Assembly (NCBI GenBank): GCA_009784975.1
Contig: WQXG01000004.1
Coordinates: forward strand, 19,761 to 83,760
Length of the DNA stretch: 64,000 bases
Direction: 5' to 3'
DNA from: Treponema sp.
Lineage (GTDB): Bacteria > Spirochaetota > Spirochaetia > Treponematales > Breznakiellaceae
Within the stretch, counting starts at the first letter, position 1, and the number at the start of each line of letters is the position of its first letter. The notes below the pieces were generated by a model that saw only the letters and a program-made list of their open reading frames with translations, made no database searches and was not told the DNA's origin. The translations under genes and the position numbers were made by a program. Shown piece by piece: positions 9,093 through 17,361 of this stretch.

Positions 9093-11432
9093 AGTGATTA
9101 TCTTGATCCCAATAATGAAGAGCTTCTCAAGGACTTTTTCAGCGAAGCACAGATGCAGGTGGATACTATGGAGCAAAATGTTCTGGTTCTTGAAAACGAG
9201 GGCGCCAACAAGGACGCCGTGGACGAGATTTTCCGGGCGGCTCATACCCTTAAGGGCGGGTCCGCAACTGTGGAAATGATGGAACTTTCTAAATTCACGC
9301 ATCTCATAGAAGATGTCTTTGATGCAATTCGCGGCGGCCAGATATCTGTAAATGAAGATGTTGTGGATGCGTTGCTGCAGGCAATCGACATAATAAAAGA
9401 AATGCTTGACAAGCGTATGGACGGCTCAGTCTATAAGGAGGATACTTCCCAAATAGAAGGCAAACTCCGCGGTCTTATGGCAAGCGGTTCTCAGAAAGCT
9501 GCGCCTAAAGCCGCCGCAAAACCCGCGCCTGCTCCTGTAAAAGCTCCCCCCAAACCCAAAACAGGTCAGCTTTCCGCAGACGAAATTGAAGAATTAAAAG
9601 ATTCCGTTGATGGGGCAATTCCCATATTCAGGGTTTCCGTAACTTTTGATGAATCCAGCCTGATGAATACCGTTGGAGGCATCCAGGTTTATGCGGCTCT
9701 TAAAAGCCTTGGAACAGTTCTTAAAACAGTCCCAGATTTTGAACAGCTTTATGCCGATAACTTTTTCCCTGTCGTGGATTATTACATCGCGTCTGCGGAA
9801 GATCCGCAAAGATTAAAAAAAACCGTAATTTTGCCGGATGTTAGCCTTAGCGCGGAAGTGTCCGATATTGACGGTGCGTCTAAATCTGCTCCCGTCGCGG
9901 CAAAACCCGCTCCTGCGGCAGCGCCGATAGCGGCTCCTGTAGCGGCACCGGTTGAAGCAGCTGCGGCAGTGCCGGCGGCAGCGAAACAGCAAGATGTGCA
10001 TGATTTACATAAAGACGCGGAGAACAAGAAAGCCGGAAAAGAAGCCGGATCAATTCTGCGTGTAGATTCAAAACGAATTGATGATCTTTTAAATCTTGTT
10101 TCTGAAACAGTTATTACCAAGGCAACATTTAACCAGATCAATATGCAGTTTAATATTCTTACAGCGCAACTTCGCGAAATAGAAAATCAGTACCGTGAGA
10201 AAATTAAAAATCTTTTTGACAGCCTCCCCAATTATCTTGGAAATATTCAGGAAGGCAAATCAATTAAAGATATCCGCAAGGAAATAAACGAAAATTACGG
10301 CGATATTTTTACGCTTTTTGACGGTTTTGAAGCTTCATTCAAGAGCAACATGGCAAAATTCCGTTCAACTTCGCAGAACCTTGGGCGCATTACGGGAGAA
10401 CTTCAGGAAGGCGTTATGCGTATTCGCATGGTTCCAATCAGCCAGATATTCAGCCGTTTCCCGCGCCTTGTACGCGACCTTTCCAAATCGCTTAACAAAA
10501 AAATTAACCTGGTAATAGAAGGTGAAGATACCGAACTTGACAAATCGGTAATAGAAGACCTGCTTGATCCAATTATGCACTCGGTTCGCAACTCCATAGA
10601 TCACGGAGTTGAATCTGCGGAGGAACGCCGCGCCGCGGGCAAACCCGAAGAGGGGCAGGTGCTGTTAAAAGCCGCAAACGAAGGTAACATGATTGTTATC
10701 GAAATCGGCGATGACGGCAAAGGCATCGATGTTGAGTCTGTCAAAGCAAAGGCGGTCGAACGCGGTATTATAAGCCCGAATAAAATTCTTACCGATGTCG
10801 AAGCTTTTAACCTTATTTTTGAACCCGGTTTCTCAACCGCAAAACAGGTAACAAGCATTTCAGGACGCGGTGTCGGTCTTGATGTTGTCCGCCGCCAGAT
10901 CGATGATCTTAACGGAACGGTAACCGTTAACTCCGAACGCGGCAAGGGAACCAAATTTATTATTAAACTGCCGCTTACGCTTGCCATTATTCAGGGCTTG
11001 CTTGTCAGGGTCGGTGCGGAAATCTATTCTATCCCCATTACATCTGTAATAGAAAGCTTGCGGATAAGACCGGATGAAATTAAAAAGATCGACAACTACG
11101 AAGTTTTCAATATACGCAGTGATGTTATTTCACTTCTGCGCCTTAACCGCCTGTTTGGCATCAAGACGGAGGAACAGCAGGAATATCATTTTATAGTAAT
11201 TGTCGGAACTGCAGAAAAGAAAATGGGCTTCATGGTAGACAGCCTTATTGGAGAAGAAGATGTGGTCATCAAGCCCCTGCGTGATCAGTTTACCAATTCT
11301 CCGGGTATTGCCGGAGCTTCAATATTGGGAGATGGTTCGGTTTCTCTTATTATTGATGTCAGCCAGCTTCTTGAACTGGGGTTAAAAAAGGAAATGGAGC
11401 AGCGCCGAATCCGCGAAGCTCAAACACGGTAG
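9093..11432 (+). CDS. cheA: chemotaxis histidine kinase CheA
   Basis: ORF 9063..11432. The start MSDYLDPNNEELLKDFFSEA at 9093 fits CheA N-termini. Hpt motif RAAHTLKGGSA. HATPase motifs DHGVE, IEIGDDGKGID and GRGVGLDVV. C-terminal CheW-like P5 domain. Confidence 0.93.
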   Translation, partial: SDYLDPNNEELLKDFFSEAQMQVDTMEQNVLVLENEGANKDAVDEIFRAAHTLKGGSATVEMMELSKFTHLIEDVFDAIRGGQISVNEDVVDALLQAIDIIKEMLDKRMDGSVYKEDTSQIEGKLRGLMASGSQKAAPKAAAKPAPAPVKAPPKPKTGQLSADEIEELKDSVDGAIPIFRVSVTFDESSLMNTVGGIQVYAALKSLGTVLKTVPDFEQLYADNFFPVVDYYIASAEDPQRLKKTVILPDVSLSAEVSDIDGASKSAPVAAKPAPAAAPIAAPVAAPVEAAAAVPAAAKQQDVHDLHKDAENKKAGKEAGSILRVDSKRIDDLLNLVSETVITKATFNQINMQFNILTAQLREIENQYREKIKNLFDSLPNYLGNIQEGKSIKDIRKEINENYGDIFTLFDGFEASFKSNMAKFRSTSQNLGRITGELQEGVMRIRMVPISQIFSRFPRLVRDLSKSLNKKINLVIEGEDTELDKSVIEDLLDPIMHSVRNSIDHGVESAEERRAAGKPEEGQVLLKAANEGNMIVIEIGDDGKGIDVESVKAKAVERGIISPNKILTDVEAFNLIFEPGFSTAKQVTSISGRGVGLDVVRRQIDDLNGTVTVNSERGKGTKFIIKLPLTLAIIQGLLVRVGAEIYSIPITSVIESLRIRPDEIKKIDNYEVFNIRSDVISLLRLNRLFGIKTEEQQEYHFIVIVGTAEKKMGFMVDSLIGEEDVVIKPLRDQFTNSPGIAGASILGDGSVSLIIDVSQLLELGLKKEMEQRRIREAQTR

Positions 11433-12770
11433 GTGAATATGTCAGCAATAATCAGGGATTTAGCCCAGGTAAACGCCGATTTACAGGAACAAAAAGAACG
11501 GGTCGAGAATGTAGACTTTAAAATGGTTACCTTCTCTCTTGCCGGTAAAGATTACGGCGTTGATATCATGAATGTTAAGGAAATTGCAAAGGCGGATAAA
11601 TTTACTTATGTGCCCAATGCAGCTTCATTTGTACGCGGAGTTTATAATCTGCGCGGTGATATTATCCCAATCATCGACCTTCGTCAGTTTTTTCATTTAC
11701 CGGTAGAGGAAAAGAACGATAATCTTGAAAACATGCTTATCCTTCACATTAATGAACAGGTATATGGAACAATCGTAGACAAGATTGACAAGGTTGTCGG
11801 AATAAATCATGAAGCAATTCAGCCGCCTCACCCTATCTTCGGCGATATCAATATTAAATACATAAGCGGCGTTGTGGAAAAACAGGGCGATTTATACATC
11901 ATTCTGGATGTTGTGCGTATATTCACGGTAAGCGATGAAGAAAAGAAACAATCACGCTCCGGGGTTGCAGATTCCGGCGAGTATTATGTTCCGCCGCCGC
12001 AAGCCGGGGATACTTTGTCTCAAAGGACAGCCGCCGATTCCGCAATCGGGTTTATTCAGGAAAGCCTTTCCGCGTTACGGCGTTTTACGGTTACCGGGTT
12101 AAACAACAAGTGGCTGCAAAGACGTTTCGCGGAATGGAGTGTTGGCCGCTCCGGAGAATCGCTGCAATTACGAAGCGCGTCAGAAGCCGATGATTTCCTT
12201 GGCTCCTTCTTCTCCCCCTGTTCAGGCGAATTCTGGACAGAATCTTATGCCAATGCTATCAAAAAAATCCTGCCGGAGAACTCTTCCGCAAACCTCAATA
12301 TTTGGAATGTTGGCTGCGGAAAGGGCTATGAAACTTATTCTTTTGCGTGTATACTAAAGACAAGGTATCCTAATTCCCGTATCAAGATATGGGCAAATGA
12401 CAATGATATCATGGCTGTTTCTGCCGCGCCGAATATGTATTTCGACCTGGGCGAACTGCCGGATTATTGCAGGCCGTATATGGTACGCGGGCAGAACGGG
12501 TATTCGTTTGATCAATCTATCAAGGACTCGATTGTTTTCGAGTTTCATGATATATCGAATGATAATCCCCTGCCGGATTTGGATATTATTCTTGCCAGAG
12601 ATATTGTATCTTTCCTGCCGGAAAGCGATCAGGCAAAGGTAATCACGGATTTTTCGGAAAAACTGAAGAATCGCGGGATTGTAATTCTGGGAAGAAATGA
12701 AGAGCTTAACGGGGTCATTTGGCATTCAATAGCCGACGATCCCATTTCGGCTTATTTACATTCGGAATAA
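11433..12770 (+). CDS. cheW: CheW domain fused to a CheR-like SAM-methyltransferase-fold domain
   Basis: GTG at 11433, or ATG at 11439, immediately after the cheA stop. The N-terminal half, FKMVTFSLAGKDYGVDIMNVKEI...VRGVYNLRGDIIPIIDLRQFF, is a CheW domain. The C-terminal half, NIWNVGCGKGYETYSFACIL...ILARDIVSFL, parallels the CheR motif IWSAGCSTGEEPYS. Confidence 0.85.
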   Translation: MNMSAIIRDLAQVNADLQEQKERVENVDFKMVTFSLAGKDYGVDIMNVKEIAKADKFTYVPNAASFVRGVYNLRGDIIPIIDLRQFFHLPVEEKNDNLENMLILHINEQVYGTIVDKIDKVVGINHEAIQPPHPIFGDINIKYISGVVEKQGDLYIILDVVRIFTVSDEEKKQSRSGVADSGEYYVPPPQAGDTLSQRTAADSAIGFIQESLSALRRFTVTGLNNKWLQRRFAEWSVGRSGESLQLRSASEADDFLGSFFSPCSGEFWTESYANAIKKILPENSSANLNIWNVGCGKGYETYSFACILKTRYPNSRIKIWANDNDIMAVSAAPNMYFDLGELPDYCRPYMVRGQNGYSFDQSIKDSIVFEFHDISNDNPLPDLDIILARDIVSFLPESDQAKVITDFSEKLKNRGIVILGRNEELNGVIWHSIADDPISAYLHSE

Positions 12771-12804
12771 AACAAGGTATTATAAAAATATTAAGGAGTA
12801 AAAT

Positions 12805-13281
12805 ATGAGAGTTGAATATATCAACCCCTTTGTAGAGTCCGCATTTAATGTATTAAAAGAGGTGTTGAATTCCGAAGTAAAACGCGGAGAAATCTACCTT
12901 AAACCTACTTCAATGTCCATTATGGGCGTTGCCGCTCTTGTAGGTCTTGCCGGTGATGTTGAAGGCCGCGTTCTTTTTGATATGACAAAGGAAACCGCTT
13001 TATTTGTAGCCAGCAAAATGAACGGCGAAAATTTCACGGTTCTTGACGAACTTGGCAAGGCAACCATTCAGGAACTCGCCAACATGATAACTGCCCAGGC
13101 TGTAACCAAATTACATGACCTTGGCTTTAAATTCGATCTTACTCCCCCTGCCCTGTTCACAGGCGACAATATGGAAGTTTCCACAAACCTCGGCGAAGTA
13201 GAAGCTCTTATTGTACCAATGGAACTTGGTCCCAATATAAAAATCGAAGTAAACGTTGCTATCCGCGAAAGGATAAAATAG
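12805..13281 (+). CDS. cheX: CheX, a CheY-P phosphatase of the CheC/CheX family
   Basis: 158 aa. MRVEYINPFVESAFNVLKEVL... is a typical CheX N-terminus, and the operon position after cheW fits. Confidence 0.85.
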   Translation: MRVEYINPFVESAFNVLKEVLNSEVKRGEIYLKPTSMSIMGVAALVGLAGDVEGRVLFDMTKETALFVASKMNGENFTVLDELGKATIQELANMITAQAVTKLHDLGFKFDLTPPALFTGDNMEVSTNLGEVEALIVPMELGPNIKIEVNVAIRERIK

Positions 13282-13283
13282 TT

Positions 13284-13739
13284 TTACAAACCAATTCTTT
13301 GGAATATCCTTCCCGGTAAACTGACAAGGTATGCCGGGAGGGGAATTTTGAAAATCCTTATTTCAAAATGCAAATGCGGTCCCGTTGAGGTGCCGGTATC
13401 TCCCACAGTTCCAATAATGGATTTAAGATCTACTTTTTCTCCTTCCTGTACAGATATGGAATCAAGGTGATAATATCTGGATTCTGTAAAACCTAAATGA
13501 GAAATATTAACAAAATACCCGCGTTGATCATCATAACCGGTCTGTTTAATTGTACCTCTGGAAACAGGAAAAACAGGAGTTCCCACGTTATGGCCTATAT
13601 CGCTTCCGGGATGAAAAAAGCCGGTAATTCCTGAAGGTCTAATGCCCCACCAGGAAGTAAGTTTCCCCCCTATCACAGGCGGACGCACAAAAAAACCAAG
13701 AGCAAGAATTAATACAATAATAACTATAATTTTTTTCAT
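13284..13739 (-). CDS. M23 family metallopeptidase (LytM domain), secreted
   Basis: 151 aa. Signal peptide MKKIIVIIVLILALGFF. M23 motifs HPGSDIG and GDTGTSTGPHLHFEI. Confidence 0.85.
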   Translation of the reverse strand: MKKIIVIIVLILALGFFVRPPVIGGKLTSWWGIRPSGITGFFHPGSDIGHNVGTPVFPVSRGTIKQTGYDDQRGYFVNISHLGFTESRYYHLDSISVQEGEKVDLKSIIGTVGDTGTSTGPHLHFEIRIFKIPLPAYLVSLPGRIFQRIGL

Positions 13740-13793
13740 GTGTAATATTACTCATAAAAAGATTTTTTTTCTATATATTTCCATATATTTCTA

Positions 13794-13822
13794 TTGACAC
13801 TTTTTGCACCATATTTTATATT
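13794..13822 (+). promoter_or_regulatory. sigma70-type promoter for tRNA-Val
   Basis: TTGACA at 13794-13799, a 17-nt spacer, then TATATT at 13817-13822. It lies about 55 nt upstream of the tRNA. Confidence 0.6.
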
Positions 13823-13877
13823 GTTGGATAGCCGTTAAGGCGGTTTAACAGCCCTTTGTGGCAATTAACCACCTTAG

Positions 13878-13951
13878 GGGCAGTTAGCTCAGTTGGTTAG
13901 AGCACCAGCTCGACACGCTGGGGGTCACAAGTTCGAGTCTTGTACTGCCCA
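13878..13951 (+). tRNA. tRNA-Val (anticodon GAC); CCA not encoded
   Basis: Hand-folded cloverleaf. Acceptor GGGCAGT/ACTGCCC, D arm GCTC/GAGC, anticodon arm CCAGC-TCGACAC-GCTGG, T arm ACAAG-TTCGAGT-CTTGT, discriminator A. Position 33 reads C rather than the usual U. Confidence 0.85.
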
Positions 13952-13957
13952 ATTTTT

Positions 13958-14003
13958 AGGAGCAAACAGCTTCAGGAAACTGAAGCCGGTTGCTCCTTTT
14001 TTA
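13958..14003 (+). terminator. rho-independent terminator after tRNA-Val
   Basis: AGGAGCAA...TTGCTCCT outer stem with an inner CAGCTTCAG-GAAA-CTGAAGC stem, followed by a T6 run. Confidence 0.8.
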
Positions 14004-14052
14004 TTGAGAAAAAGCCATTGTTTTTCCATTAGTTATGCGGTATTATTAGTAA

Positions 14053-14196
14053 GTGCGAATATTTAAGAACATACGGTTTACCCGGTTTGCTTGCAATGAA
14101 GATGTTTCGGACAGCGAGCTTAGAGAAGCAGCAAACCAGCTTGAAGCAGGACAGGCAGATGCTAATCTTGGCGGAAATGTTTATAAAGTGGGTTAG
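14053..14196 (+). pseudogene. truncated RelE-like toxin (DUF1044/PF06296-type) remnant
   Basis: My translation from the GTG at 14053 is VRIFKNIRFTRFACNEDVSDSELREAANQLEAGQADANLGGNVYKVG, then a stop. This matches the N-terminal third of this toxin family (FKN.WF.RWA..E.ISD..L..A..E...G..DADLGG...K). It stops at 47 aa, where full-length members have about 100 aa. Confidence 0.6.
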
Positions 14197-14199
14197 CTA

Positions 14200-14406
14200 A
14201 TGAAAAGAAAATATCAAAGCAAAATACTACGAGCTATTCACGAAGATATGGAAGGTCTGCATAAATTAGGTATTGTTACTGATGCCGAAATGCAGGAATT
14301 TGATGAAGACTGCCTCGTTCAAGAACCTGAACCAGCTTATGCTTCCTCAAGCTCCAGCAGAACAGAACATGTTACTCGTATATCCGCTAAAGGCGCCGGT
14401 TCATAA
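14200..14406 (+). pseudogene. truncated NadS/COG2944-like antitoxin lacking its HTH domain
   Basis: MKRKYQSKILRAIHEDMEGLHKLGIVTDAEMQEFDEDCLV resembles the N-terminus of the antitoxin partner of PF06296 toxins (...AIHE.ME.L...G.I....M..FDE.CL). The remaining sequence, SSSSSRTEHVTRISAKGAGS, has no recognisable HTH. It starts 4 nt after the toxin remnant. Confidence 0.5.
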
Positions 14407-14412
14407 CACTCT

Positions 14413-15699
14413 ATGGCAAAAAAGAAATATGTGCAGGTGGGCACAGGCGGACGGGCAAGGATGTTCTATGAGGCTGTTGCTTCCACATACAAGGATTATG
14501 CGCAGCTTGCGGCGTTCTGTGATATTTCGCAAACACGCATGGAATACGCGAATAAACAATTAACAGAAGAGTACGGCGCTGCGGCGGCAAAACTCTACAA
14601 TTACACCGAATTTGATAAAATGCTGGATGAACAAAAGCCGGATTGTGTTATTGTTACCAGTGTGGACAGAACGCATCATGACTATATCATACGCGCAATG
14701 GAAAAAGGCTGCGATGTTATCACAGAAAAGCCCATGACCATAGATGAAAAAAAAGCTCAGGCTATAATCGATTGTCAGAAACGCACGGGCAAAGATTTGA
14801 GGGTTACCTTTAATTACCGTTATGCTCCGCACAATACAAAGATTCGCGAACTTATCATGGACGGAGTAATAGGAGATGTGTTTTCTGTTCATTTTGAATG
14901 GCTTTTGAATATCCAGCACGGCGCAGATTACTTTCGCAGATGGCATCGCAACAAGCACAATTCCGGCGGGCTTCTGGTTCATAAATCTACTCATCATTTT
15001 GATCTTATAAATTTCTGGCTTGGCAGCACGCCGGAAACTGTCTTTGCTTTCGGCGATTTAAATTTTTACGGCATGAAAAACGCTGAACGCCGGGGAGTAA
15101 AAAATTTCTATAGCCGCTGTCACGGCAGTGAATCCGCAAAAAACGATCCTTTTGCCATCGACATGGAAAACAACCCTTCTCTTAAAGCAATGTATCTTGA
15201 TGCCGAAACGGACTCAGGATATATCCGCGATCGCAGCGTATTCTCTGATGATATTTCTATCGAAGATACTATGGGCGTAATTGTACATTATAAAAATAAT
15301 GCCATATTAACTTATTCGCTAAATGCTTATATGCCCTGGGAAGGCTATAACATCGCTTTTAATGGTTCAAAAGGACGGCTGGAAGTTAAAGTGATAGAAA
15401 AATCCTACATTAACGCAGGCGGCGAAAAAGGAGATGAAGGCGCATTAGCCGGCAAACATCTTGTTGTTAATCCAATGTTCGGCAAACCCTGGGAAGTTGA
15501 ATTTGAAGAAGGCAAGGGCGGTCATGGAGGCGGAGATCGCGTAATGCTGGAAGATATTTTCGGCAATCCCAAGCCTGATCGTTTTCATCGCTCTGCAAAT
15601 CATATCGAAGGCGCTTACTCAATTCTTACAGGGGTTGCAGCCAACAAATCAATCGCGTCAGGTATGCCTGTTAAGGTTGCAGATCTTATTGCTTTATAA
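14413..15699 (+). CDS. Gfo/Idh/MocA family oxidoreductase
   Basis: 428 aa. N-terminal Rossmann segment KYVQVGTGGRARMFY and the family motif ITEKPM. Confidence 0.8.
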   Translation: MAKKKYVQVGTGGRARMFYEAVASTYKDYAQLAAFCDISQTRMEYANKQLTEEYGAAAAKLYNYTEFDKMLDEQKPDCVIVTSVDRTHHDYIIRAMEKGCDVITEKPMTIDEKKAQAIIDCQKRTGKDLRVTFNYRYAPHNTKIRELIMDGVIGDVFSVHFEWLLNIQHGADYFRRWHRNKHNSGGLLVHKSTHHFDLINFWLGSTPETVFAFGDLNFYGMKNAERRGVKNFYSRCHGSESAKNDPFAIDMENNPSLKAMYLDAETDSGYIRDRSVFSDDISIEDTMGVIVHYKNNAILTYSLNAYMPWEGYNIAFNGSKGRLEVKVIEKSYINAGGEKGDEGALAGKHLVVNPMFGKPWEVEFEEGKGGHGGGDRVMLEDIFGNPKPDRFHRSANHIEGAYSILTGVAANKSIASGMPVKVADLIAL

Positions 15700-15703
15700 C
15701 GTG

Positions 15704-16021
15704 TTATATAACACTCTCATCTATCCACTTTAAATATTCCGCAAGCCCGTCTGTAACAGGCACCTGTATTATTTGCGGCACTTCGTAAGAGTGGTTTTCT
15801 TTAATAAATGCTTTAATTTCATTAAACAGCGCGGTTTTGGATTTAATAAACAGCACTATTTCGTTATCCTGGCAAATTTTATCCTGCCATGAATATATGC
15901 TTTCTACCGGAAACATTTGTACACAGGCTGCAAGGCGTTTTTCTACAAGGAGCCTGCTGATTGCGGCAGCGGCTTCTTTGCCGGAGACGGTTGTTATTGT
16001 TATGGAATATCCATTTGTCAT
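15704..16021 (-). CDS. cutA: divalent-cation tolerance protein CutA
   Basis: 105 aa. The pattern LAACVQMFPVESIYSWQDKI...HSYEVPQIIQVPV...YLKWI is CutA1-like. Confidence 0.85.
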   Translation of the reverse strand: MTNGYSITITTVSGKEAAAAISRLLVEKRLAACVQMFPVESIYSWQDKICQDNEIVLFIKSKTALFNEIKAFIKENHSYEVPQIIQVPVTDGLAEYLKWIDESVI

Positions 16022-16051
16022 ATACGCAGAGCTTGGTTGTTAATTGCCGTA

Positions 16052-16080
16052 TTGTCAAGGGTTTTTTAACATGGTATTAT
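16052..16080 (+). promoter_or_regulatory. sigma70-type promoter for the MFS transporter gene
   Basis: TTGTCA at 16052-16057, a 17-nt spacer, then TATTAT at 16075-16080. Confidence 0.5.
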
Positions 16081-16115
16081 ATAAGGGTAGAAAATTTTAA
16101 ACAAAGGAAAAAATT

Positions 16116-17360
16116 ATGACACAAAAAAATGCATATCATTGGTTAATCGTAGGCTCTTGTTTTCTCTTAATGGCGGTATCTATCGGTATTCTTGTTAATT
16201 GCTTTAACCCGCTTGTACCTGCGCTTAGAGCTCATTTCGGAGGCGACGAAGGCGGAAGCATTCAGCTTATCTTTACGATTGCGGTTTTGGCGAATCTTGT
16301 AGGCGGCGCGCTTGCGGGAAAGATTATGTCAAAAGTACCCATGCGCAAAATTATGCCTGTTTACGCGATAGTTATGTCGGCAGGTATTTTCGGGTGGTCT
16401 ATGAGCACTCACCTCTGGCAGCTCTATGTAGTATCAATTCTTGTAGGTCTTGGAGCCAGCGGCATTTCGCTTGTTCCCTGCGGAATCCTTATAAATAACT
16501 GGTTCCAGGAAAAGAAAGGCGTAGCTACAGGAATTGCTTTTACAGGAAGCGTTGCAGGAGGGCTTGTTTTCGTACAGTTGACTCAATATATTGTGAGCAA
16601 CTTCGGATGGCAGAAAGCTTACCTCGTACTCGGCATAATTGCCGCAGCTATTTCCATACCTGTAACACTTTTTATTATAAGAGGCACACCGCAGGAAAAA
16701 GGAATGCTGCCCTATGGAGCAACCGGAGAAAAAACCTCAAATACAACGGCGGAAGTTACAGGAATAAAACTTGGCAAATTTATTAAAACAAGTTCATTCT
16801 GGCTGCTTGCAATCAGCGGTTTCTTTATTGGTTTTGCGAACGTCGGTGTTCAAAATAATATATCAACCTATCTTACAGATGTTGGCTATACATCCACCAT
16901 TGCGACAATGGCTTTCTCCATCGGTCTTTTTGTGCAGATTTTTGGAAAATTTTTACTTGGCTGGTTCTATGATAAAAAAGGCGTAATCTTCAGTCAGATT
17001 TACTGTCTGTTGTGTTTTATCGGATGTATCACACTATTAATTTTATCAAACGGCAGCAGTATCGCTATTGCCTTTGCTTTTGGCGCGGTGTTTGGTCTTG
17101 TCGCATCAATGACCACTGTTACTCCTCCGTATTTGACAGCAAGAATAGTCGGCGTGCGTGACTATGCCACTATCTTTGGTATAATGAGTTTGTTCTACGG
17201 ACTTGGCGTTGCTTCCGGTCCAATGGTTGTCGAAGGACTTTATACATCTATCGGCTGGACACCTATTTGGATAGGACTTACAATCATGTCGGCAATAATG
17301 GCAGTTACTACAATTCTTGCCCACCGCAAAAGCACAGGGTTTGCTTCGGAAAAAAACTAG
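16116..17360 (+). CDS. MFS transporter (oxalate/formate-antiporter-like subfamily)
   Basis: 414 aa with about 12 TM segments in a two-fold MFS layout. An AGGAAA ribosome-binding site lies upstream. Confidence 0.75.
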   Translation: MTQKNAYHWLIVGSCFLLMAVSIGILVNCFNPLVPALRAHFGGDEGGSIQLIFTIAVLANLVGGALAGKIMSKVPMRKIMPVYAIVMSAGIFGWSMSTHLWQLYVVSILVGLGASGISLVPCGILINNWFQEKKGVATGIAFTGSVAGGLVFVQLTQYIVSNFGWQKAYLVLGIIAAAISIPVTLFIIRGTPQEKGMLPYGATGEKTSNTTAEVTGIKLGKFIKTSSFWLLAISGFFIGFANVGVQNNISTYLTDVGYTSTIATMAFSIGLFVQIFGKFLLGWFYDKKGVIFSQIYCLLCFIGCITLLILSNGSSIAIAFAFGAVFGLVASMTTVTPPYLTARIVGVRDYATIFGIMSLFYGLGVASGPMVVEGLYTSIGWTPIWIGLTIMSAIMAVTTILAHRKSTGFASEKN

Positions 17361-17361
17361 A

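Noticed and set aside
9782-10987. Minus-strand ORFs (119 aa, 128 aa and others) inside cheA
   Set aside because: They are antisense to cheA. The Ala/Pro-rich linker DNA is stop-poor in several frames.
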